The translations under genes and the position numbers were made by a program. A DNA stretch of 64,000 nucleotides from Nitrososphaerota archaeon (lineage in GTDB: Archaea > Thermoproteota > Nitrososphaeria > Nitrososphaerales > Nitrosopumilaceae). Within the stretch, counting starts at the first letter, position 1. Each line of letters opens with the position of its first letter. The stretch covers positions 996,727 through 1,060,726 of the forward strand of contig JAGWFT010000001.1 in the NCBI GenBank assembly GCA_028867755.1. Direction: 5' to 3'. Shown piece by piece: positions 9,000-18,431 of the stretch. Under the pieces are notes generated by a model. It made no database searches. It saw nothing but the letters and a program-made list of their open reading frames with translations, and was not told the DNA's origin.

Positions 9000-10010
9000 G
9001 TGAGTAATTTAGAAGAGGTCAGTCATAGGGTAAAAGAGACAAACGCTTCAAAAGTTGTAAATGAAAATTTCAATCTCAATATCACAATATCAAAACTAAA
9101 ACGAAATACGCACGCTCTTTCAAAAAACTATGATGTCAAAAAGTATCTAGACTCAAACAAATTTACTTTCTCGCCTGAAATATCAGAGCTTATTCCAAAA
9201 GACACTCCACCGTATATAGACAACGGTGAGATGTATGTAGAAAGAATTGCAAGAGCAATGGCATTTTTCAAACAATGTGCCCTAATTGGTCCTAGCGGTA
9301 CTGGAAAGACACACATTGTATATTTTGTGGCAGAGCTTGCTGGGCTACCCTTGTGGGAGATAAATTGTGGTCTGCAAACCTCAGTTTTTGATCTTTTTGG
9401 TAGATATGTAGGCCTTGGAAAAGAGAACTGGATAGATGGCCTTATCACACTGTGGTGCAGGCATGGCGGAATTTTGTACCTTGATGAGGCCAATATGATG
9501 AAACAAGATATTGCAACCAGGCTTAACCCTATCTTAGATCAGCGTGGGCACATGGTACTGACTGAAAAAGACAATGAAATCATACAACGTCACAATGATG
9601 CTTTTCTTATAATCAGCATGAATCCAGTGTCATCAGAATTTGCAGGAACAAAACCAATTAATGCTGCAATGAGGAGGCGCATGAGTGTCTGGCTGAACTT
9701 TGATTACATGAGTGTAGGAAATAAAATTGATGAGAAAGAAATTGATTTGCTAGAGAAAAAAACTGGCATTGATAGAAAAAATGCAGAAAGAATAATACGA
9801 ATTGGTGCAGAACTACGAGAACGATACAAAAGAGGCGAACTTCCGTATGGACCGTCTATTGGGGACCTGATAAACTGGGCAAAACTGGTATCAGATGGCA
9901 CAGCTTTGAAGAGTGCAGGAGAAGAAACTATAATTGCACTTACAAGCGATGATCCTGAAATTCAAGAGATTGTAAGAAAGATAGTTCACAAAAATGCCGA
10001 TAGCCTATGA
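9000..10010 (+). CDS. MoxR-type AAA+ ATPase (CbbQ/NirQ/NorQ/GpvN-like)
   Basis: Walker A GPSGTGKT, Walker B ILYLDEANM, AMRRR arginine finger region, C-terminal lid PSIGDLINW. Confidence 0.9.
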   Translation: MSNLEEVSHRVKETNASKVVNENFNLNITISKLKRNTHALSKNYDVKKYLDSNKFTFSPEISELIPKDTPPYIDNGEMYVERIARAMAFFKQCALIGPSGTGKTHIVYFVAELAGLPLWEINCGLQTSVFDLFGRYVGLGKENWIDGLITLWCRHGGILYLDEANMMKQDIATRLNPILDQRGHMVLTEKDNEIIQRHNDAFLIISMNPVSSEFAGTKPINAAMRRRMSVWLNFDYMSVGNKIDEKEIDLLEKKTGIDRKNAERIIRIGAELRERYKRGELPYGPSIGDLINWAKLVSDGTALKSAGEETIIALTSDDPEIQEIVRKIVHKNADSL

Positions 10011-11560
10011 GAAGCGAAGAGAATTTTTATGAGTATGTCTGCAGACTGTTTTATGACTTTTCTCACACAATGCCAGACGATGTTGGCCTAGTTCTTTCCA
10101 AAAAAACAGTTTATCCGCTTTTGGAGGTTGGCTCTAACCTTCATGTTGTTTTACCATTGCCAAGAATTATTGGGGATAAATACGCGTTTGAAGGAATGCT
10201 TTTTGAAAACACCATAGATGGAAAGAAAAGTCTTTGGATTCTTTTTTTGTTCACATTGTATCATCTAGCAGCACATGTAGCTATATCTGATTATCAAAAA
10301 TACAAGGAATGGCAAAAAGACAAGACTGAAGATGCAAGTTGGCTTGTAATTGACTTTATTGAGGATATTCGAGTGGCCCGATACATAGAACGTGCAGATG
10401 CAGAAATCTGGAAAAACATGTGTTTGGTTGAAAAACAGTTTGACGATTATCTTGAAAGAAGACGATCAAATAATGCTTGCAAGCAAACCCCATACGAAAT
10501 AGTAGAGGAAGAAAAGATTCGTAGCTATTTAAAGGCTAGAGCGGTAGATGGCAAGGCATCTAATGATCATGACACCATGGCAGATCTTCTATATCATAAT
10601 CGTAATTTACTCGATTTTTTCCCACGGCCTTATCATGAGCGTCATAAATCTACATGGTTGATAAAATTTGAAGATAAGGCCCCTGGGCTCTTATCATCTG
10701 AAATTTTTAATGTGCGGATAACAAAACTAGATGAATTGTGGCAAGAGCATGAATATTCAAAAAACAGGTTATACCAAAGATACAAAAAATATCTCAAGAA
10801 TCTCAAGTTTGATTCAATTGTGGTGCCAACAGGTGATTTACAAGAATACCACAAAATAAAATCAAGAATTTTGCCGCTCTTAAAAAAAATCCGTCAACAG
10901 TTACGGTTACTACCTAATTTGGTTGATTCTCCCAAAACTGATCAAATGGGCTATATTGATATGCAAATGGCAATTCAAGCAATATCATCACAAGGACAGA
11001 CAACTGAGATCTTTGAGCAAGATGAACAAAGAAGAACTGAGGAGGCATGGGTGATTTTAGTGGATAAAAGTGGCAGCATGAGATTGTTATTTGATAAAAT
11101 TCAAGAATTTGTTGTGTGCATGGCAGAATCTGCAAACGAGTTAACAGGGAAATATGATGAATGGGCTCTTTTTAGCTTTGACAATAGTTTTCAAATTCTA
11201 AAGGATTTCAAAGAAAAATACAATCAAGAAGTTCAAGCAAGGATAGGTTCTATAAAACATGGAGGTATGTCATTGTTGCCTGATGCGCTTGAATTATCAA
11301 GTATGATATTAGCAGATAATCCTAGAGAAAAAAAATATATTTTTGTCATAACAGATGGTAATCCTTCTGGATATGAGAAAATTCATGCTGCTTTCTCAAA
11401 GACTGTTAAAAAGATGGAAATTTCCGGAATAACCCTGATAGCAATAGGCGTGTCAAAAGGAACCACTCGTGCTTTTAGGAACAGTGCAAGAGGAAAAAAT
11501 CTTAATCAACTTGTGGCCAAATTCATTACTGCTTACAGAACTGCCTCTGCAGGTATGTAA
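10007..11560 (+). CDS. von Willebrand factor A domain protein (CbbO/NorD-like partner)
   Basis: C-terminal MIDAS VDKSGSM and VITDG; 4-nt overlap with AAA+ gene. Confidence 0.88.
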   Translation: MRSEENFYEYVCRLFYDFSHTMPDDVGLVLSKKTVYPLLEVGSNLHVVLPLPRIIGDKYAFEGMLFENTIDGKKSLWILFLFTLYHLAAHVAISDYQKYKEWQKDKTEDASWLVIDFIEDIRVARYIERADAEIWKNMCLVEKQFDDYLERRRSNNACKQTPYEIVEEEKIRSYLKARAVDGKASNDHDTMADLLYHNRNLLDFFPRPYHERHKSTWLIKFEDKAPGLLSSEIFNVRITKLDELWQEHEYSKNRLYQRYKKYLKNLKFDSIVVPTGDLQEYHKIKSRILPLLKKIRQQLRLLPNLVDSPKTDQMGYIDMQMAIQAISSQGQTTEIFEQDEQRRTEEAWVILVDKSGSMRLLFDKIQEFVVCMAESANELTGKYDEWALFSFDNSFQILKDFKEKYNQEVQARIGSIKHGGMSLLPDALELSSMILADNPREKKYIFVITDGNPSGYEKIHAAFSKTVKKMEISGITLIAIGVSKGTTRAFRNSARGKNLNQLVAKFITAYRTASAGM

Positions 11561-11593
11561 CCGTAAAAGACACACTAGATCAGATAAACTGTC

Positions 11594-11611
11594 ATTACCA
11601 TTTCTGGTAAT
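11594..11611 (+). promoter_or_regulatory. Perfect inverted repeat ATTACCA-TTTC-TGGTAAT
   Basis: 7-bp perfect palindrome ending 5 nt before pilin ATG (11617); function inferred. Confidence 0.45.
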
Positions 11612-11616
11612 AAGGT

Positions 11617-12303
11617 ATGTTCATAAAAACAAAGAACAGAAAGGCAATCAGTGCCGTGCTTACTACGCTGATTATCTTGGTGGCATCAGTAGTTCTTGGA
11701 ACAGGTGTTGTATTATTTGGTACAAGCCTTTTCCAGACAAACGCCCAATCATCGGGTCTGGCCGCCCAAGGTACTCACGTGTGGGTAAATGCAACTACCG
11801 GAATGACTAAAACCTACGTGTGGGGTGCTGCAGAAATACGAAACAGTGGAGACAAGATATTGTCTGTAGACCAGATTAGTGTTCGTGGTACTCAAATACC
11901 ATTTGCAAACTGGTACTATGACAGTAATCCAAATGACGTCACTGCCGCAAACTTCCAGTCTCAGCTTAACTATACTGGAACTGCAACAACTGCAAATCAG
12001 GTCGGTGGTGTTGTAGCAGGTGAGATGCAATCTTATGGTGCTAAGCAAAACTGTCCTACCGCAAGTGCAACCTCATTCTACATCAATGAATTTGGTTCTG
12101 CGGCAAATCCAACAAATCCAACACTGTGCTTCACACAAGCAAGTGGCCCAATCTCACTGAAGCCAGGAGGCTCAGCAATTGTGTACTTCCAAGTTCCTAC
12201 CGGAGTCTTGAGTACAGTTGATGGAGGCTCTAGCAGCAGTGTTGCAATATATGCTGGTAGCGTAGGTGCACCACAATCGGTTACTGTACAAAGCCAATCC
12301 TAG
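11617..12303 (+). CDS. Type IV pilin, probable major pilin
   Basis: Class III signal MFIKTKNRKA|ISAVLTTLIILVASVVLGTGVVLFG; directly upstream of assembly ATPase. Confidence 0.88.
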   Translation: MFIKTKNRKAISAVLTTLIILVASVVLGTGVVLFGTSLFQTNAQSSGLAAQGTHVWVNATTGMTKTYVWGAAEIRNSGDKILSVDQISVRGTQIPFANWYYDSNPNDVTAANFQSQLNYTGTATTANQVGGVVAGEMQSYGAKQNCPTASATSFYINEFGSAANPTNPTLCFTQASGPISLKPGGSAIVYFQVPTGVLSTVDGGSSSSVAIYAGSVGAPQSVTVQSQS

Positions 12304-12304
12304 A

Positions 12305-12342
12305 GGGCCAAAAAATGCCCAAACTCTTTTCTTTTTTATTTT
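12305..12342 (+). terminator. Putative intra-operon terminator/attenuator
   Basis: GGGC-8 nt-GCCC hairpin (12305-12320) then T-rich tract (12325-12342); GGAGG SD-like site at 12344-12348 follows. Confidence 0.45.
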
Positions 12343-12355
12343 CGGAGGATAGCAA

Positions 12356-13900
12356 ATGAAAGAGAGATCAAACCAAACCAAAGAAATTGAAAGTTTTCTG
12401 ACAAGTCAAATTATTGATGGAAATCAAAGTCATATTCCTCCAGGATATGAGGTGGTTAAAAACTATCAATTGCAACCACCGTTTAGTTATGCCAATATTT
12501 TGTATAACCAAGAAAAATCTTCATATCTCTATTTTGTAGACGAGTCTAAACTAAATCAAGACGAAACGTTGATCTTTCAAAAATTGTATAGACTCATAGA
12601 AGAAAGCCTAGAGTCGCCAACAGAACTAAAAAGTAACCAAAATTTTGATGACCACTTGAGTATGATTCTAAAAGAAAATGAAAAAATGTTTTTGGGCCAA
12701 TCAAGTGCTAGCATGGAGAAGGTAAAGTACTATCTAAAGCGAGACATCAATGGCTTTGGTGTCATAGATCCTTTGATGCATGATATTGGCATAGAAGATA
12801 TTAGCTGTAGTGGAACTGAAAAACCTATTTTTATCTGGCATAGAAATTATGATAGCATTCCAACTAACATACGATACACATCTAATGATCTTCTAAACGC
12901 GTTTGTTTCAAGAATAGTTTTCAGGGCTGGAAAACACATAAGCTCGGCATTTCCAATCTCTGATCTTGCACTGCAAGGAAACCACAGAATCTCTGTTCTT
13001 TATCAAAAAGAGGTAACTCCAAAGGGAACAAGCTTTACAATAAGAAAATTCAAGGAAGACCCTTACACTGTTATTGATTTAATCAAGTTTGGTACAATGA
13101 GCCTCCCAGTTGCCGCCTATCTGTGGATGCTGGTGGAGTCAAAAATGTCATTTATAATAATAGGCGCCACAGGCAGCGGTAAGACAACCATACTTAATGC
13201 AATTACTGGTCTGGTTCATCCCGATTACAAAATTTTTTCAGTTGAAGATGTGGCTGAAATTAACATAAATCACGAAAACTGGTTTACTCTTGTTTCAAGA
13301 AGTGGTTTTGGCCTTGGAGGCGAAGGTGAAATTGGTTTGTATGACTTGATAAAAGCTGGTGTAAGACACAGGCCTGACTATATTGTAGTGGGTGAAATTA
13401 GAGGCTCTGAGGCTTATGTCATGTTTCAGGCCATGGCGACAGGTCACGGTGGTTTGTGCACTATGCATGCAGATAGTCTAGAATCTGCAATAAAGAGATT
13501 GCAACAAAAACCAATGGATATTCCTCCGTCATACATCTCATTGATGAACTGTGCTGTAGTGATTAAAAGAGTAAAAGAAAATTCAACAGGTCAGAGTAGC
13601 AGACGAGCTATAGTTGTATCAGAAATTATTTCTTCTGATTCATCACATGCTGCTTTTTCATGGAACCCAAAGACTGATTATTTTGATGATGACCTCAAGG
13701 AGAGTATCCTGTTTAAAAGAATGGTAGCGTCAACAGGGCGTGACATGAGGGAATTATTAAAAGAACACCAACAAAGAATCTCGATTCTAAAGTGGATGCT
13801 TGAAAATGACATTCGCAATTATAAAAAAGTAGCCGAAATAGTTGGGAAATACTATAGAGACCCAGAATCTTTGATGCAGAAAATGGAAGTAGGAGTTTAA
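12356..13900 (+). CDS. Type II/IV secretion system ATPase (FlaI/PilB/TadA family)
   Basis: Walker A GATGSGKT, RHRPDYIVVGEIRG, His box GHGGLCTMHA. Confidence 0.95.
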   Translation: MKERSNQTKEIESFLTSQIIDGNQSHIPPGYEVVKNYQLQPPFSYANILYNQEKSSYLYFVDESKLNQDETLIFQKLYRLIEESLESPTELKSNQNFDDHLSMILKENEKMFLGQSSASMEKVKYYLKRDINGFGVIDPLMHDIGIEDISCSGTEKPIFIWHRNYDSIPTNIRYTSNDLLNAFVSRIVFRAGKHISSAFPISDLALQGNHRISVLYQKEVTPKGTSFTIRKFKEDPYTVIDLIKFGTMSLPVAAYLWMLVESKMSFIIIGATGSGKTTILNAITGLVHPDYKIFSVEDVAEININHENWFTLVSRSGFGLGGEGEIGLYDLIKAGVRHRPDYIVVGEIRGSEAYVMFQAMATGHGGLCTMHADSLESAIKRLQQKPMDIPPSYISLMNCAVVIKRVKENSTGQSSRRAIVVSEIISSDSSHAAFSWNPKTDYFDDDLKESILFKRMVASTGRDMRELLKEHQQRISILKWMLENDIRNYKKVAEIVGKYYRDPESLMQKMEVGV

Positions 13901-15367
13901 TTGATTTTGCTTTCTTTAAAAAAACTTGACCAGGGGGATTATGAAAAGAAACAAAACAAAAAGATAGAAAGAGAACTACCATATTTCATAACACTTGTAT
14001 CCTTGCTTGCATCAAGCGGGCTGGGGCCGTATACTATTTTACAAAAGATAAAAGAAATCAATCTTTTGCCAATAATTCATGGAGAAACCATAAAGATCCT
14101 CAAACGTATTGATATGCTTGGAATAGATCCTCTCACTGCACTAAATCAGACAAAAGACAAGCCGTCCTCTAGAGCTCTCGGAGAATTTCTTGGAGGTTAT
14201 GTGTCTGCTATTCAAAGTGGTGGAAATGTAATCAATTACCTAAAAAGCAAAATGTCAAGCTCATATGATAGACTTGAGAATACAGAAAAACAGTCAGTAG
14301 AGAAACTAAGCGGTACTGTGCATGGCTGGCTAACGATGCAGATTGTTGTCTTGTCCGTGTTTATTCTAGTTGCGGCCATTGGTTCAAATCCACTAAGTTC
14401 TAACGGCGCAAGTCACCCAGAACCACCATATGCACTTTTGATTTTTTCACCTATAATTTCAATCGCATTTATGAAAATGGTTCAAAAAATGAATTATTCA
14501 AACATTCCAGAAATCGCGATAAAAAAGATATTAAAATCTACTTTGCCTCCCTTTCTTGTAGGACTAGTACTGATTGCAAGCAACCTGCTTTCAGACTTGA
14601 ATGCTAATGCTTACATTTTGGGTGGTTCCTTGGTGATTGGTTCTTTATGGCTAGCAATTAAATTCAAAAAAATTTATGTTGCAAATCTACATGCAGAAGC
14701 TGCAACGCCACAAATTCTCCGAGATATCACAGAGGCAAGAAAATCTGGTATGGGACCTGAAAAATGTATCATACATGCTTGCAAGAGAAAAGATTTCAGA
14801 TCATTTAACATTGTTGCAAATACCATAGCAAACAAGCTTGAATGGGGTATTCCATTATCTAACATTTTTGAAACACTTCATAAAGAAGTCAAGAATTTCC
14901 AAGTATTAATTACTTTTAGAATATTGTTTGAAATCATCTCTTCTGGTGGGGGTAATGTCAATACACTTGATTCATTAGCTGATGCTAGTGAAAAGATCCA
15001 CGACATTTCAAAAACCAAGCGTGATATGCTTCAGCCATACGTGATAGTTGGTTTTATGGTAATTGTAATTACTGGATTTACCACTCTGTTAACAATAGAC
15101 TCTTTTGCAGACATTGATAAAGAAAAAAATCTAGTCCACAACGATAATGCACAAACATCTAGCATGCCAAATTCCTTACTTGATGTTGTTTCTATTGCTG
15201 TAATTGTACAAGCATGGTTAGCTGGACTTTTCATCGGAAAAATAACAAAGGGTGCCTATTCTGGAGGGTTCATGTATTCGATGCTACTTACTATAATTAG
15301 CATGGTTGCTATAGGAATGATCCAACTCCATGTGATAAACATAGGCTCTATTCTCCAACCATCCTAA
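13901..15367 (+). CDS. Type II secretion system F family platform protein (FlaJ/PilC/TadC-like)
   Basis: Two T2SS-F repeats (IERELPYFITLV..., ATPQILRDITEARKSG) with multiple TM; adjacent to ATPase. Confidence 0.9.
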   Translation: MILLSLKKLDQGDYEKKQNKKIERELPYFITLVSLLASSGLGPYTILQKIKEINLLPIIHGETIKILKRIDMLGIDPLTALNQTKDKPSSRALGEFLGGYVSAIQSGGNVINYLKSKMSSSYDRLENTEKQSVEKLSGTVHGWLTMQIVVLSVFILVAAIGSNPLSSNGASHPEPPYALLIFSPIISIAFMKMVQKMNYSNIPEIAIKKILKSTLPPFLVGLVLIASNLLSDLNANAYILGGSLVIGSLWLAIKFKKIYVANLHAEAATPQILRDITEARKSGMGPEKCIIHACKRKDFRSFNIVANTIANKLEWGIPLSNIFETLHKEVKNFQVLITFRILFEIISSGGGNVNTLDSLADASEKIHDISKTKRDMLQPYVIVGFMVIVITGFTTLLTIDSFADIDKEKNLVHNDNAQTSSMPNSLLDVVSIAVIVQAWLAGLFIGKITKGAYSGGFMYSMLLTIISMVAIGMIQLHVINIGSILQPS

Positions 15368-15410
15368 TGAGTATGTCACGAAAAAAGTCATACCGCCTCT
15401 TATATCATCT

Positions 15411-18107
15411 TTGAAGATACATATGAATAATTTGAGATACATAGCAGTAGCCTCGCTAATTGTTTTGGCAATTCTTCCACATTATGTATTTGCTGACAAT
15501 GGTAACCAGCTTGATACTACACTAATACCAAATAAAATAATTGCAAACACTGATGGTATAATTCAGGTCTACCCAAAAAGTTTTGGTAGCACAATTAGCA
15601 GTATGGTAGCTACATCATCTGATTCTTCAATAGTGCGGATTCTAGATGTAGGAAAAGATGTCTCTCATGATATTTTTAATGTAAAGATTAAGGCATTGAA
15701 CTCAGGTCAGGCAACAATTAACATGGCAGCATCAGGTTTTGCCTCTCTAGAGTTGCCAGTTACCATCTATCCAGATTCTAAAGGAGCCACGAATCTTTTA
15801 ATCAAAGCAACTCCGAAAACTTTTTCAACGTCAGGACCAAATACTGGTTATATTTCTGTAGAAACCGTCAACGCTGATGGGGTTCCGACTCCTGCATCTG
15901 TTGATACTCCAATAAAACTAAGTGTATCAGATAGTAGCATTGCAGGACTGGCCGATGATCAAATGATGATAAAACAAGGTTCATACTTTGCCATGGAAAA
16001 ATTTGCCATAGCAAAGCCTGGCAGTGTTCAAATATATGCATCTGCACCTTCAATGCAGCCTGTATCAGCATCAGTCACGATTAATAATGAGGCTGTACCG
16101 TACACACTCCAAGTTTACGCATATCCGCCAATAGTTAATGTCAATAAAGATGCAGTGTCGTATGTAATAGTCCAATTACATGACTCTGCAGGAAATCCAG
16201 TTATAGCAAAAAATGATATTCATGTATCAGTTAGTGTCGTAAATCCTGTAGACACAACATCAGTTAACACAAGCGGTCAAAGTCCATCTGTGCAGGTAAA
16301 CGATGGTTTTGTTATACAAAAGGGCTCTTACTGGGGATATGTTCCTGTTGAATTTACTGCTGGTGTGAATGCAACGTATAATGTAAATATTTCAGCTAAA
16401 GGTTACGTAATTAGTACAATTCCTGCTAGTACAACAGTTACAACTAGTACTACAGCTACTACTGGCACAACAGTGCCTGGTGGTGGAACATCTACTAGTG
16501 GTACAACAACTACCACTAGTACGACATCTACTAGTGGTACAACAACTACCACTAGTACGACATCTACTAGTGGTACAACAACCAGCGGTACGACAACTGC
16601 AACTGGTACAACAACTGCAAGTAGCACATTGGCCTCAATTTGTACATCAAATCCAATTTCAACCTCAGAGTCACAAGTACAAATTGCTGCTGTCGCACAA
16701 AATTTTGTTATGGATGACAAGACACCATGCTTTTACCCTCTTCCAATTCTTACAACAGGCAACACAGAGTTAATTGGAGTTTTAGCTTTGAAAGACTCAT
16801 CAGGTTATCCAGTGCTTGCAAAATCAGATCTATCATTTAGAATGGATTCGTCTGATGTGTCTACAGTTTCTGTACCAGGCGTGGAAATGGGGTATGGGTC
16901 TCAATCTGCCCTTGTCTTTGCTCAAATTGGCAATGCTGCCAATCCAGTAACACTAAATGTTGTTTCAGACAGTCCTCAGCAGGTAATGCCAGTCATGGCA
17001 TCTCCCTCTCAGGTGACATCAGGTTTGGTGGCTGATTCATTACTTCCAACTGTTTTGCCAAATACGCAATTCCCACTGGCGATTTACGCTACAAATAATG
17101 GCGCTCTCGGCACATTTAAGAACGATTTTACTGCCTTGATCTCTCCACAAGAAACAATCTCGCCTATACAATTGACCGTTACAAAAGGTGATCCGATATT
17201 TCTTACCGACGAAACATTGCTTGAAGGCGGCCCCCAAAATATTGCAATCACAACACCAGATTACTCATCCAATTTCATTGTGACAGGGGCATCATCAAAA
17301 CCAAATGGTATTGTACTTGGTTATCCAGATCAAATTTTTTCAAATAGTAATTTATTGTTTTCAATCGAGTTGTTGGATGATAAACAACTCCCAATACTGG
17401 CTGACAAAGATACTGATATCAAACTAGTTTCAAGTGATCCGTCTGTACTTGATGTGCCAGATAATGTGCAGATAAAGAAAGGTACCTATTATGCAACACT
17501 TGATGCTCACTCCAATTCGTCTGGCACTGCAGAGATTGCAGTACTTGCAGATGAAATACCTCTATCAAAATTTGATGTGCCAGTTACAAGCTATGCACCA
17601 GTAATAAGCATCGACTCGGCTGATCACGCGGACAATAATTCTCCACTTACAGCCACTGTGACAGCTACCTACAATCAATTACCTCTTGCAGGTCTTAATG
17701 TGGATTGGTCGGTAACAGGTGCAACAACAAAGAACGCCGATACCATTACAGACAAAGAAGGTAAAGCAACCATCTCGTTAATCACAAACGATCCTAGTAC
17801 AGTTAGTATAGAGGCAGGCGTTGGAGGAGGACCATATCAAACTGTTACAGTCGATAAGCAAGTCAGTATCAATCCGCCATTGCAGCCTCTCATCTCAACA
17901 GGCCAATCTGGGCAATCTAATTCACAGTCATCTGGTTTTACAGTAATGGGTGTTAGTCCTCTTTTGTTTATTATTCCAGGTGCAGCAGCTGCTGCATTTG
18001 TAGTTTTAAAAAAGAAACAAATGCTAGATGGAATTACCGAAAAAATCAACATTACAGATAGATTTTCAGAAATAAAAGAAAGAATGATGGACTCTGGCCA
18101 ACGATAA
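15411..18107 (+). CDS. Large secreted, C-terminally anchored surface protein with repeated Ig-like domains and T/S-rich linker
   Basis: Sec-type signal peptide, four internal repeats, Thr-rich block, C-terminal TM followed by KKK. Confidence 0.8.
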   Translation: MKIHMNNLRYIAVASLIVLAILPHYVFADNGNQLDTTLIPNKIIANTDGIIQVYPKSFGSTISSMVATSSDSSIVRILDVGKDVSHDIFNVKIKALNSGQATINMAASGFASLELPVTIYPDSKGATNLLIKATPKTFSTSGPNTGYISVETVNADGVPTPASVDTPIKLSVSDSSIAGLADDQMMIKQGSYFAMEKFAIAKPGSVQIYASAPSMQPVSASVTINNEAVPYTLQVYAYPPIVNVNKDAVSYVIVQLHDSAGNPVIAKNDIHVSVSVVNPVDTTSVNTSGQSPSVQVNDGFVIQKGSYWGYVPVEFTAGVNATYNVNISAKGYVISTIPASTTVTTSTTATTGTTVPGGGTSTSGTTTTTSTTSTSGTTTTTSTTSTSGTTTSGTTTATGTTTASSTLASICTSNPISTSESQVQIAAVAQNFVMDDKTPCFYPLPILTTGNTELIGVLALKDSSGYPVLAKSDLSFRMDSSDVSTVSVPGVEMGYGSQSALVFAQIGNAANPVTLNVVSDSPQQVMPVMASPSQVTSGLVADSLLPTVLPNTQFPLAIYATNNGALGTFKNDFTALISPQETISPIQLTVTKGDPIFLTDETLLEGGPQNIAITTPDYSSNFIVTGASSKPNGIVLGYPDQIFSNSNLLFSIELLDDKQLPILADKDTDIKLVSSDPSVLDVPDNVQIKKGTYYATLDAHSNSSGTAEIAVLADEIPLSKFDVPVTSYAPVISIDSADHADNNSPLTATVTATYNQLPLAGLNVDWSVTGATTKNADTITDKEGKATISLITNDPSTVSIEAGVGGGPYQTVTVDKQVSINPPLQPLISTGQSGQSNSQSSGFTVMGVSPLLFIIPGAAAAAFVVLKKKQMLDGITEKINITDRFSEIKERMMDSGQR
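16488..16582 (+). repeat. 36-bp perfect tandem repeat x2.6 (ACATCTACTAGTGGTACAACAACTACCACTAGTACG)
   Basis: Copies at 16488-16523, 16524-16559, partial 16560-16582; in frame, encodes TSTSGTTTTTST. Confidence 0.95.
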
Positions 18108-18108
18108 T

Positions 18109-18357
18109 TTATGATTTTATGAAGGTTATGACATTGGATAAATGCGATACAAATGACTTGCCTACTTGTTCATTTCTGCTTAGCATAAACAGCGAGAAGA
18201 ATCCTTCAAAGAAAGTCAAAATACTTTGCAAAAGATTTTGGTGAAAGAGTTGAAGTGTAGTAGAAATCACAACGACAGTAGCAGCTACAAGTACTATCAA
18301 ATAGTAAAGTGTATACCACTTAGTTTTAGGGTCATGAAAAGACGAGAAAAATCTCAT
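18109..18357 (-). CDS. Small hypothetical membrane protein
   Basis: 82-aa ORF with two hydrophobic segments filling the gap. Confidence 0.55.
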   Translation of the reverse strand: MRFFSSFHDPKTKWYTLYYLIVLVAATVVVISTTLQLFHQNLLQSILTFFEGFFSLFMLSRNEQVGKSFVSHLSNVITFIKS

Positions 18358-18431
18358 GAGAGAATTTCATGGTTTCCAAAATATAAGATTTGTCTACCAA
18401 TTTTGGAAATGGAACAAGGATCTAGTGTAGT

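Noticed and set aside
9000-11560. Rubisco activase (CbbQO), NO reductase accessory (NorQD) or GvpN
   Set aside because: Family similarity only; none of the cognate client genes is in the window.
16488-16582. CRISPR array (36-bp repeat)
   Set aside because: Copies are directly adjacent with no spacers, lie in frame within a CDS, and there are no cas genes.
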